NCBI GenBank assembly: GCA_010909165.1
Contig: MU008162.1
Span: forward strand, 620,001-684,000
Direction of reading: 5' to 3'
From: Anthoceros angustus
Taxonomy: Eukaryota; Plantae; Anthocerotophyta
Length of the DNA: 64,000 nucleotides
Part shown: piece by piece, positions 53,101-64,000 of the stretch
How the letters are laid out: each line of letters opens with the position of its first letter
Numbering within the stretch: the first letter of the stretch is position 1
Program-made: the position numbers and the translations under genes
Notes under the pieces: generated by a model
Told to the model about the DNA's origin: nothing
What the model saw: only the letters and a program-made list of their open reading frames with translations
Database searches by the model: none

Positions 53101-53296
53101 CATGAAAGTGAGAGAAGGGTGGCACCCCATCTGGACATTGATCCGCCCGAAGGGCACTTAACTAACTGTGGAGTTCCAATGAACTCATCTCTGGATGTCA
53201 CTCCTCAAAAGCAGGACGATGTTTGTTATTAGATGTGGCCGGCGTTGGCGCATAGACGTTTGTCCTGTTTCTCGAGGTCGCGTCCGTTTCTGCAGG

Positions 53297-53480
53297 ATGA
53301 CGAGTAAGCGGAACGCATCTCGTACGAAAGTTGCACCATCTCCCCAACCACCGAGCCGCTCACTTTTGAGAGATGACGGACGCAATGCTGCGGATGACCG
53401 AGCCCCTGCAGAGTGTGTCGGAGAATCTTCATGGCGGAGCAAAAACTTGATCAAAAACTTCATGGCAGAGCCGCAGCAAC
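53297..53480 (+). pseudogene. Decayed copy B of the Gln-rich coiled-coil gene
   Basis: Shares aaagttgcaccatctcc...gagccgctcac.tttgaga.gatgacggacgcaatgctgcggatgac and tcttcatggcggagca with 40889-41170; frameshifts and an internal deletion. Confidence 0.75.
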
Positions 53481-53919
53481 ACATGGTGGAAGGGTACAGG
53501 AAGCTGTCACCATGTCTGGTTAAAACCTCCTCTGCCTGCTGCAACTGAGCCTCCAACATCACCCGCTCCTCACTCAGGCTCCTCTGCCTGTTGTAACTGA
53601 GCGGGTCGCATCGGGGCACACCATTGTTTATCGATCCTGTGCAGCTTTCGGGTCAAGGCTTGTCCTCCCGATGTCGAGTGCCGCCCTGTTCATTTTATCT
53701 CATCGAAGTGTGTTGAGTTTTCACATGCACGCGGTACGGCCGAGTCGTCCTCCACACAGACCCTTGCAATTGCTACATTTCTCACTGCCATGGAGACTCT
53801 TTACCTCACGCTCCAGCACTATAAAATGCGATGGGCCATTCTTGGCTCCACCGCAGAGTGCTAAGCAACGTTCTCTGATCAGGACTTCCGAGTTTCTTCA
53901 CCTTGCATCAGTGCTCGAG

Positions 53920-54521
53920 ATGGCGGCAAGAACGTGGAGTCTGAATGTGCTGCTGTTGGCGCTCGTCATTGCCGTTGGTGAGCCACAATGATTCCATTAA
54001 TATTCCGGACGCTTATCATTCTCTCCTCCACATGATTAAAGATCAGCATCACTGATAAGGAAAGGAAAGACTGTCACCGCTACCCACTGCTCTGTATTTC
54101 TGTTCGCCTTTGTACATGTGCAGCATTCGGAGCCTGGGCTGGCACCAGCTGCGTGGTGCTCACAAACACAGACTTCCCCGGCAACGACATTCGGTGTCTC
54201 GACGGCTTGAGTAACATTTATCAGTGTGCAGAGAACTGTTTCAACACCACGAACTGCTTGGCCTTCTTGTGGGCACCAAGTGACAATCCTGGCAACGAAT
54301 GCTGCCTCAAGAGAGCCATAAGTGACAGCAATCGCTACCCGGATGGTCGGCTCACGGTCATAACAGGTGAGGTTCTGCCAGTGTGTAATCTTCGACTTGC
54401 AACTTATAAAAACTGTAGCAAGCTTCACCTGCTAACATGTGTACGGCTCATGTGGCAATCTCTTTTTGCAGGCTATGGGGATTGCAGGTCCATCTTCGAC
54501 CAACATCAGCCTGGGCCCTGA
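53920..54521 (+). CDS. Small secreted Cys-rich single PAN/apple-domain protein, copy B (exons 53920-53977, 54124-54366, 54472-54521; 116 aa)
   Basis: Phase-consistent GT-AG splicing gives MAARTWSLNVLLLALVIAVAFGAWAGTSCVVLTNTDFPGNDIRCLDGLSNIYQCAENCFNTTNCLAFLWAPSDNPGNECCLKRAISDSNRYPDGRLTVITGYGDCRSIFDQHQPGP*, with 8 Cys. Confidence 0.8.
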
Positions 54522-55427
54522 GCAGCTCATGATCAAGACGCTCTTCGGTTCACGAAGAAAAGGAAGATTTTCATCTTGGAGTCAGCTTCCATGAATGTGT
54601 CCGCTCAAAATCGTCGTCATTGTCTTTGGATGCAGCAGTTTAAGCCTCTACGTATACAGAAGATCCTGGGTTCCCTTGTAAGAAGTACCTATAAGTCTGC
54701 TGAGTATTTTGTTTCCCTCTGGGGATCCGGATAACAAGGTATAATAGGCTTGCAGTACTCTACATTGTGGTCCTATAAATAAAATCAATATTGAGTTCGG
54801 GTTTCCGGCTCTCCTCTGGAGACACATGTACAGCATGTTGGTTCTTAATTTCGAGGGGGAAGTAAGTTCCTGAAATCTAAACCAAATCAAGGTTTAGACA
54901 ATTTTTGCTTCTATCTTTGCCTCCTACGTAGATAACTCTTTTCTGAGAATGAGTCCCTTCCAAGAGTGTTCCGAGATCCATCTTGCCTCTTGACAAGATG
55001 TACTCTTAAGTCTCAATCTGCTGCTGTGAATGAAGAAGTCCATCTCCGAGAAATTGGTAGACCTTGTGAAGCACTAGCTTTAGACACTTCAAGTTGAAGT
55101 ATATGCTTGACTCGACCATCAGTTTCTCAAGCTCGGTGGGGAATCATCGTACCACGAACCACACGCGTTTGAAGCTTTCCTTGCGTCCCTTTCTATAAAG
55201 CTGCAACGTCCTTTTATACTTTTATATTGGTGAACTGGGCGGTCGGGGCCCGGTTTTATCCATTTATCATTTGCATGGTCAGAGGGCCATTTTCTTTCTT
55301 TATGGGCATGGAGAAGGAGCCAGGACAAAGTCATTTGCTGCGCACTTACCGCATTCGCTGTGAGAACTTAAGTCATTTGCTGAAGAGTTAAAGTCATTTG
55401 CCATGTTTCAAGGCATCCCAGTACCGA

Positions 55428-55590
55428 CTAAAGACTTGCAGGGATGGCTGCAAACGACTTGCAGGAATGGCTGCAAGTCTTGCTGCAAAAGACTTGCAGG
55501 GATGGCTGCAAGTCTTGCTGCAAAAGACTTGCAGGGATGGCTGCAAACGACTTGCAGGGATGGCTGCAAAAGACTTGCAGGGATGGCTGC
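55428..55590. repeat. 21/33-bp tandem repeat
   Basis: aa(a/c)gacttgcagggatggctgc units, two followed by an extra aagtcttgctgc. Confidence 0.9.
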
Positions 55591-55889
55591 TCACGCATAA
55601 TAACCACAGTAGACACCGAACCTACGGGAAGCGTCCCATTGGCATCAGTTTTAATGAAGCTGAAGCACGGACGAAATCATAGCACTTCAAAACTAGGACA
55701 AAGTGGCCAGTGTGTCAAACAAACCCTCTTCCACCATGGAATTTCTTGGATCTGGATTTGTGAGCTGCTTTGCGCAGCACACACTCGAAGACACGCAGTT
55801 TCAGAATTTCCTTTGAAAACGTCGTCCAAAATCCAAGCCGGCCAGCACCCTCGCCTCGGCTGCCCCATGGAATCTAACTCAAGTACGTC

Positions 55890-56270
55890 CCCGTGAAACC
55901 CGGACCCCTCAAAACTGCCCCCCTTGAAACCCAGAACCCAAGCCGACCCGCACCCTCGGCTCGGCTGACGTATGGAATCCAATTCAGATCCGTCGCCCTT
56001 GGAAACCCAGACCCCTCAAAACCGGCCCCCCCTTGAAAACCCAGACCCCTCAAAACCGCGCCCTTGGAAACCCGGCCCAGACCCCTCAAAGCCGCCCTTG
56101 GAAACCCAGACCCCTCAAAACTGCCCCTTGGAAACCCAGACCCCTCAAAACCGCGCCCCCTTGGAAACCCAGACTCCTCAAAACCGCGCCGCCTTGGAAA
56201 CCTAGACCCCTCAGAACCGCGCCCCCTGGAAAACCCAGATCCCTCAGAACCGCCCCTCTTTGAAACTCAA
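55890..56270. repeat. GC-rich ~32-bp tandem repeat, about 10 copies
   Basis: ggaaacccagacccctcaaaaccgcgccccctt-like units. Confidence 0.85.
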
Positions 56271-57923
56271 ACCCGGCCTGGGCACAGTAGCCGAGTTGGA
56301 GTACAACACGCAGACCACAGTAGCCGGGTTGGAATACAACACCCAGATCTCAGCTCTCCCAGGATCAAATACTGAGACCTCAGTTCGAGGCCCTCACTTG
56401 GCGACTGGGGAGCAATCTACTCTAGCTTAAAAATTTTACAACATGTATAGGAGCTTCCTCAGGTAAAATTGTGTTTCTATACCAGAAAGCCTGGAAAAAC
56501 ATGCCTGCATGCCTCGAAGTCCGCATGGAGGAATTCTTGTTAAGAGCACCAGGCCTTTGGAGCTGTGGACTCGATTGGGCAGTTAAACCTGTTGGCAATG
56601 CATGTTTGGAAGCTGTGCATGCGCCGATCGTTTAGAGCATGCAGCTGGTTTGATCAGTCATCCAGGATTCTAGTGATCTGGTAGGTAGCTCAATGGAGAC
56701 GACTGAGCATCATCGGGAGCAGACGAGCAGACAAGAAAAGCTTTGCATCTACTAGTAAATGGCCTTTGATTTGTTCGACGTCTCTATACTCGCTTCTTCA
56801 TGTTGCCTAGTCATGTGGATCTGACTCTCGAATCATGCAACAATGTGATGGAAGACGGCGGTCACTGGTCACAGGGGATATGAGTTCTGCAGCTGGAACA
56901 TGCCCAAGGATGTTTTCTCATAGCGGATCAGCCTCCGGATTGAGTTCATCTTCCAGCTGATTTGCTGGCAGTAGTAGTAAGCCGTATATCAGGCCTGTAG
57001 CCCCTGGTCTTGTTCCGGTCACTGCTGGCCAGGAACCTTATGAAGCAACCGCGCAGCTGGTTTTACTATTAGGCCACAGCATTGCTATGGCATGACAAAG
57101 GCCCACTGGATGGTATTGATCACGATCGTGAGACTCTTGAGGCCTTCGAGACACAAACATCCAGATGTCTCTAGGCCTACTGCTAGAGAAAAGAATCCTA
57201 CTACCAGGGTTCACGGCCAGCGTCCAAATCTCCAGGCGTGTTTTAATCGCCTCCACAACGTAAAGAGTTTCCCGATGCACGCAAAAATGTGTATAGCCGT
57301 CCCTGCTGTGCCCAGACCAATTGCGCAACACCGGCCAATCCAGCCCGTTGTCGCTCTGGAATATCAAAATCTAGGTCATGGCCTTGCCTCGCATCTAGAA
57401 GATAAGCACACAAGCTTCCAAACCTGTCCACTGCTAGCACACTCTTGCACATCCTCTCAAAAACTGGGGCTCATCGGAGTCTCCTAGGTACATCAACCAA
57501 TTTTCCAAACTGGAAAATGGAGGAAATCAGTTCTTCGGACCCTTGAGCGAACTACGCTGAGAATGTAAGGAACATGGGCAACTTTTCAGATGAAATAGAG
57601 GACTCCAGTTTCATGGCGGGAAGTGCCTCGGCATCGAATATGCCGAAAAGATCCTTCTCAATCAGCTTTGCAGACTGAGGCTTCGTCGCTGGTGCATTTG
57701 GATCAGACAGGAGATCTGGGTGTCGGACATTGGAGCTTGTTGTTGGTGCAAGGTGGGGTCACTGATTCATTCAAGATTCAAACGTTGCCACCAGCTATGG
57801 TGGCGCTCTGTTGTTCAGTCAGGAAGACCCACCGAATCTTCGAAATTGTAATTCGTTGTGGCAGGGAAGAAAATTCTTCGATATTGTGATAATCGTGTAA
57901 TAGCCGTTTTCCTCTAACTCAGT

Positions 57924-59780
57924 CTATGGTGATGGTGGAGATGGAAAGGCCGGGCTGTGTTGCCTCCGCGTGAGGTATCTGTCTGCAACTGCAGCATGCA
58001 AAGCAGCTCCCAGTGGCAGGACATCCTCGTTAAGCACATAGGTTGGGGTGTGGGGATGGTGCACCTCTCCGGATGTGTCCTTATCCATCCCCAGAAACAA
58101 GTAGGCTCCAGGAACTCGTTGCAGGAAGAAGGAGAAGTCCTCTGCCCCCATCACTGGATCCATTGTCACCACGTTCTCTACTCCCAACACCTCGCCTGCT
58201 GCGTCCTTGTAGAGATGGTATGCTCCCTCGTCGTTCACGACTGCTGGGTAGAAGGGATGATCGTCCTCAACGAAGTCTACCACGGCAGTGGACCTGTACA
58301 CTCGTGCTTGGTTCACTATGACCTGCATTGATGGCCACAGAGGGAAAACCATGGATTAGTACCGAGGATTGGAATTTACAAAGAACCCCCAGATGGTAAG
58401 GAAGCAGCAAGCTAGCAAGCCCACAGCATGCTGCCCTACTCACCTCTTCCAGTCTCTGCTTCAGTTCCCTGTGCTTCTGAGTGCTCAGAGCACGGTAAGT
58501 TCCTTGGATTGTCACCTTCTCAGGGATCACATTGTACCCAGAGCCAGCATTGAAGGTTGTCACAGACACTACCTGCAGAACCCAAAGGAGTGCCAATTTT
58601 GTGGCATCAAGAAAGAGAGTAAGACTACTGTTGAAGACAACTTGAAGGAAGGAGGAGCAAGGGCTGAACCTGAGAATCTAAAGGAGAGGCCTCCCTGGAA
58701 ACAAGGTGCTGAAGGCTCAACACTATTGCAGAGCCAGCGAGGACGGGGTCCACCGTCAAGTGAGGGAATCCTGCGTGCCCCCCTAGGCCAGTTATGACGG
58801 CCCTAAAAAAGCCGCTTGCCGCCATGACAGGCCCCGACTTGCCTGCCACCTTGCCGATGGGCACCTGCGTAGTGACATGCATGCCAAATATGGCTTCCAC
58901 TCTGTCAATGGCGCCGTCGCCCACCATCCGCCTGGCTCCAGCTCCCCCTTCCTCTGCTGGTTGGAACACGAGCGCAACAGTTCCCTGTAGCCAACTGTCT
59001 CTGGGTCAGGCCATCTCACTGTTCCAGCTTCAAAAGATGGAGGAGACCATGGTTTCATGCCAGAATCTGCACCCCAGTGCCAAGAATCACTGACAGCAAG
59101 CACAGAAACCTGCAAGGTTCGATTCTTCAGAATCCTCGCCGCACCCAGCAGCATGGTCATGTGTGCATCATGCCCACAAGCATGCATCTTCCCAGGATTC
59201 CTGCTCTTGTGCTCCCACTCCACGGCTTCCTGCAAGGAATTGAAGCAAGACGGCCACCGCTCAGTCTACCGATTCCAGGACCAAGGAAATCGACTGCAAT
59301 TCAGGGGACCTGAATCGGGAGCGCATCCATGTCGGCTCGCAGTCCCACAAACGGCGGTTCGCCAGTCCCAACATATCCCACTACACCAGTGCCGGCATAG
59401 GGATAGCGGTACTGAATTCCCATCTCTTCAAGCTCCTTCCTAATAAGCGCGCTGGTCTCATGTTCCTGGTATGCCAGCTCCGGGTTCTCGTGCAACCTTC
59501 TCCTCACACTCTTCATCCACTCCACCGCCTCCGGATTCCGAGCTGCCGCAAGAAACTCCTGCCCTGCCGCAACCTTCTGTTCCTGATGCTCATCAGGCTG
59601 GGCATAGCCGAAGGTGGGCAGGTTAAGGAAGGAATCCTCCAGCCCAGAGAGAGTCGTCTCTACCGTCTCCTGCAAGGTCTCAGCCAGTTCTGTCCCCGGC
59701 AGCAGCAGCAGCAGCAGCAGTGCTTGCACAGCGATCAAAGCCTGCATCCGGCCTAACAGGAAACCCGTTCTGGAACCCAT
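57924..59780 (-). CDS. ILL: IAA-amino acid hydrolase ILR1-like (M20D amidohydrolase), 5 exons
   Basis: [52 protein letters not shown]; N-terminal hydrophobic signal. Confidence 0.93.
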
Positions 59781-60546
59781 GGTCCTCCAAAAGCTCTGCT
59801 TGCTGCAAAAGGCAACAAAAAGGCACACAGACGACCCAACAACGCCTGCATGGGTTGTGAAATACAGACATATTGCACCAACATTCTTGGCAACCAGACA
59901 GGAAATTCTTCAGTCTGTGATTAAGCTGGCATGGATTTGTGAAAGTGTCAGGCAGACCCACCAAAGCCAAAGCCTGCATGGATTGTGAATTATCCGTAGG
60001 TGGAACGCACTCCCCAATATTGTCGACCGAGTAGGAAATTCTTTCAATTGTGTGAACAAGCTGGCATGGGTTTTTGGAAGTGTCCGAAGTGGCACTCCCA
60101 GCACTACTGTCCTCGTGTCATGAATGGGAGCATCTGGGCATGTGACTGCTGGCCAAGTGTCATAGACTGCAGACCGAAGAGAAAATGGGACAAGTCTGCA
60201 AGTCCCCCATAGCTGCCCAACAGGGAGAGGCAGAACCGTATGTACATATGCTGTACATGTCCGGTTGGATTACGACGCCGTCTGGGATCAGGATGAGGTG
60301 AGGGAGAGAGAGGAGAAATTGGAGCTGACGTGGGAGGCCCAAATTGGCCATATAACGCGCATTCCCGGAGGAAAATGTGTGATGCATCAAATCCACGCTT
60401 GCCCCCTTGCACTGCACCGTGCAAGGACTTTATGAGCTTTACACCGGCTCCAGGCCCAAGCGAGGGAAGGGAGTCTGTCAGGAGAGACAGGAAGAGCGAT
60501 TTGTTTCACATCAGGTGGGTTCTGCTGGGAGCTGGTTGTGACGACA

Positions 60547-62898
60547 ATGGGCGGGCCGCAGATGCGGTTGCCTGCATTGGCATGCTTGGTGGCGGTGATC
60601 CTGGCCTCGTATGGGAGCTTGCCCAGCTCGGCGCACTCGCTGAAGGGGTTGCAGAGATTTGAGCAGCCGGGAGTGGAGGTGGAGAAGGGTGAGAGGTTTG
60701 AGGGATTCGAGTCTGGGTTGAGCCTGTTCGGGGAGGGCGTGAAGGGAGCTGAAACAGAGTGCGAGGAGAGCTATGGGGTGCTCCCTTGCTCGACCAGCAT
60801 CGGGGGGAACCTGTTCCTGCTGCTGGCTTATGGGTACCTGATGCTCAAGGCCGCACAATGCCTGTCCGAGGGCAGCGAGTTGCTGCTGACTGTGCTGAAT
60901 CCTGGGCTGGTCGGAGGGCTGCTGTTGCCTGTGTTGGGCTGCTTGCCGGATGCCATTCTGATAGCAGGTATGGTTGAGGGATATGATGCATTGTAGTATA
61001 TCAGGAGAGTGTGTGTTGTGGTGGAGGCTAGTGTAGTGTGGGGGATCTACATTGTGTGTGCTGCTGTGTCATGCTGCAGTTTCGGGCTTGTCGGCAAGTG
61101 TGGATGATGCTGCCGACGAAGTGCTGGTCGGGATGGGCCTTCTTGCGGGATCTACTGTTATGCTGCTCACCCTGCTCTGGGGCACATCGCTGCTGGTTGG
61201 CCGATGTGATCTTGAAGAGAGGCATGGGCGGATTGTGGCTGTAGACAAGAAGCTGACAAAGGGATTCAACCTTTTCCGTAAGTGCATCTGGGCTTAGAGG
61301 CTTGCTTCTCCTTCCTCTGTGAGAGGGGGCTGCAACCTGGCTTGCGGAGTATTTGATCAGACGATACCCTGGTTGACGGTGTCTTGATGTTCTGGACATG
61401 GCTGGTGCAGACACTGGGGTCACCACTGATGATCAGACGAGAGTTGCATCGTGGATTATGATAGCTACGGTTCTACCATTTCTTATCGCACAGTCTCCTC
61501 GAGTTTTTGGATGGCCTACCAAGGGCCATTTGGCTGTGTTGATTGGCGGTATTGTGTCCATATTGGGTCTGGTAGTGTACTGCACATATCAGGTGAGGCT
61601 CGAGGGCTTAAAGCTCATGTTTGTAACTAGGTATATGGATCTGCACAGCTCCTTGAACATCTACACCACTGCAGGTGTTTGCACCCTGGATTCAAGCTCG
61701 ACGGCAAATATGGGCTCGTGAACGATACATTCGAACGCACGCCATTCATCGGGTGCATGAGTTATCCAAAACACATGCCTGGGGAGATCTTGTGAAGGCG
61801 GATGGCTCTCCGAACCAACCTGTTTTCACAAGGTGCGTAAATCGGGTGTCACATCAACTGCAGATTAGCCTCTTGTGAGGTACTGATGCAACCTGCAGCT
61901 GTGCAGGTTATTTGAGAGGTTCGATGAGGACCACAACGGCCTCCTATCAACTAAAGAGTTGAAAGCTTTGATTGTTGGGATAAGTTTCGAGCATGACCGG
62001 CATGTGCCATCGCATCATGTTGTTCTAAGCTGGATGTCCCAGTTTGATTTGTCCAAAGACGGTTACATCTCACAGGAGGAGTTCATACACGGCATGGGCA
62101 GATGGCTGGCGACCGTCATCAAAGCCAAAAAGAACAGTGAGGGCTCCCACAACACTATATGGAATGCCGAGTGGCAGGTATGCCCCTTCCAGGTCTCTTA
62201 ACTGAATTACAAACTCGTTTCACAGCTCTGACCCTCAGGAGTCCTGCAGAATGCCAGGAATGAGCTCGCACTACTGGACGACTCTGGAGACGACGATGAC
62301 GAGGAGGAGGAGGAAAAGGAGGCTAGTGCACAATTCATCATCATCAAGGCCATCTTGCTCATTGCCTTAGGAGCTATAATTGCGGGGGTCTTTGCAGACC
62401 CTCTGGTTTCAGCCATCACCAACTTCTCCAATGCTGCTGGCATCTCTCCGTTTTTCGTTGCCTTTGTTGCCACACCCATGGCCACAAACTCCAGTGAGGC
62501 CATTTCTTCAATTCTGTTTGCTAAGAGCAAACGAAAACGCAACATCTCCATGACATACTCTCAGGTCAAAAGCTTCATCCTTTCCCATCACCCATCTTCC
62601 TTCACTCCAGGTTCTGGCATGTAGTGACCCATCTGTGGTGAGCTTGCAGGTTTATGGAGGTGTGACAATGAACAATACCTTGTGTCTGGCCATCTTCTTG
62701 GCCGTGGTGTACGTAAGGGGGCTGGTGTGGGATTTCTCCTCGGAGGTGGCAGTCATCGTCTTCAGTACTGTTGTGATCGGAATTTTAGCTAGTTTCCGAA
62801 CCACATTTCCTCTGTGGACAGGTCTTGTGGCACTGGCCATTTATCCCATCTCCATAGCCCTTGTTGCAGTTCTGGATTCCTTTTTTGGCTGGCAATAA
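60547..62898 (+). CDS. NCL: Na+/Ca2+ exchanger-like EF-hand protein (NCL/EF-CAX), multi-exon
   Basis: CEESYGVLPC, LSEGSELLL, GMGLLAGSTVMLLT, EF hands DEDHNGLLSTKEL and DLSKDGYISQEEF, PMATNSSEA, YGGVTMNN. Confidence 0.93.
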
Positions 62899-63233
62899 TC
62901 TCAACTGATGTGTAGACGAGCCGCTGCCTCTTTTTTGGATGTTATGGAAACTTCAAGGAATGCAGGTTCAAAACTGTGCATTGTCACCTTGGTGTAATTT
63001 TTAATCACACGTGTAATAACATGCGCGTAGCCTCAGTTTCTACCTGTGTACATATTAGGAAACAGCAGGACAAAGTAATACAATAGCCTTCTTCTGAATT
63101 TGAATGAGACTGTCCGAAAGGTGCTTGAGACAATATTTGAAGATAGTACGCATGATTAAATACGGGATGAATAGAATACAATGAAAATATTCGCAAGCTG
63201 CCAGACAAAACAATCTTTAAGACTCATGTGGCT

Positions 63234-64000
63234 CTAAGTGAACAAAAGGTTCCTCGCCGCAGGAATTGTACAAGCTAGGGAGCAGACAGCACCCATCAAA
63301 ATGTACGAAGCTGCACAAAAGGGCATCAGATCTGGTTCACCGGCTGCGATTGATGCAGAACCAAACGCATGAGAGCTGCGAAATCAAGTACACTTCTGGG
63401 TTAGAAGAGTGGCACAATTACAAGGTAAGAGACCATCGTTTATGCAGCCAGAGTACCTGCAAGCAGTAGTAAGACCCCGAGCAATGAGGTCATCTATCCG
63501 CAGACGGGACAGCAACCACTTGGAAAGATTTGCCCCTAGCAATCCCGTGATTATGCTCGCAGCTAAAGCCAAGGAGACGTTGCCTGCATTGAGTAAACAA
63601 ATAGAGCAATTGATTTGAGTCACAACGTGCAAGTTTGTGAAGGTTGGCGACAACGAAAAGGCAGGGCATGTGCCGACACTCAAACCAGGTCACCTTGTAA
63701 TGTCTGAGTGATTGGAACAGCAAATGGCATGGCAACACTTCGTGCCGCGACTGACCGAGTTAGACCAGCATCCAAGCCTAACTGGCGCCCGAGCACTCCA
63801 GTCAGCAGAAGGGAGAACAAGCCGGCTGCTGGAACCACAGCCAGTATCTCACGTGCATGTCGCTTCAAGACCTGCACAGCAAGCAATATCACGTTCGCTG
63901 ATCAGGGGCAGAAGGTGGGATGACAACAAACGGTCGTTCTTCGGTCACTAGTTGGAGCTACCTCGCGTTGCCGGAACAGTGTCAAGGAGTAAGAAACTGT
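63234..64000 (-). CDS. PLGG1: 3' part of a PLGG1/LrgB-family membrane transporter; 5' end outside the window
   Basis: LKRHAREI, GRQLGL...RSV, ITGLLGAN, IARGL...SAHAFGSA...EP match the LrgB domain; TAG at 63234-63236. Confidence 0.8.

Noticed and set aside
55394-56375. Repetitive ORFs (KDLQGWLQ, ETQTPQNR)
   Set aside because: Translations of non-coding tandem arrays that are open in several frames at once.
56800-57900. Possible decayed minus-strand coding sequence
   Set aside because: Multiple stops and no motif I can identify with confidence.

Overview
Gene-dense eukaryotic plant DNA with short GT-AG introns. The PLS-class PPR genes and compact architecture suggest a non-seed land plant such as a hornwort (inference). 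Left to right: a disrupted PLS-PPR gene carrying an OSB-type PDF motif at its N-terminus (runs off the left edge); tRNA-Pro(UGG) head-to-head with histone H3.3; an AT-rich multi-exon P4-ATPase flippase; RPS30; a Trk/HKT cation transporter; MED14; an RBL14/RHBDL4-like rhomboid whose CDS overlaps tail-to-tail with an intronless PLS-E+ PPR gene; and an intronless NACK/HINKEL-type kinesin-7 with an amplified 31-aa coiled-coil repeat. An accessory block at about 40.7-56.4 kb holds two copies of a cassette (Q-rich orphan gene plus small secreted PAN/apple-domain gene) that appear to have decayed reciprocally. The copies are separated by nested TE debris: a chromoviral Gypsy split by a hAT-like element, Copia gag remnants, a solo LTR and minisatellites. 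The right end carries an ILR1-like amidohydrolase, an NCL/EF-CAX exchanger and the 3' part of a PLGG1/LrgB gene. The most novel-looking signals are the PDF-PPR fusion, the repeat-extended intronless NACK and the duplicated PAN cassette. Gene names come from recalled motifs; no database search was run.
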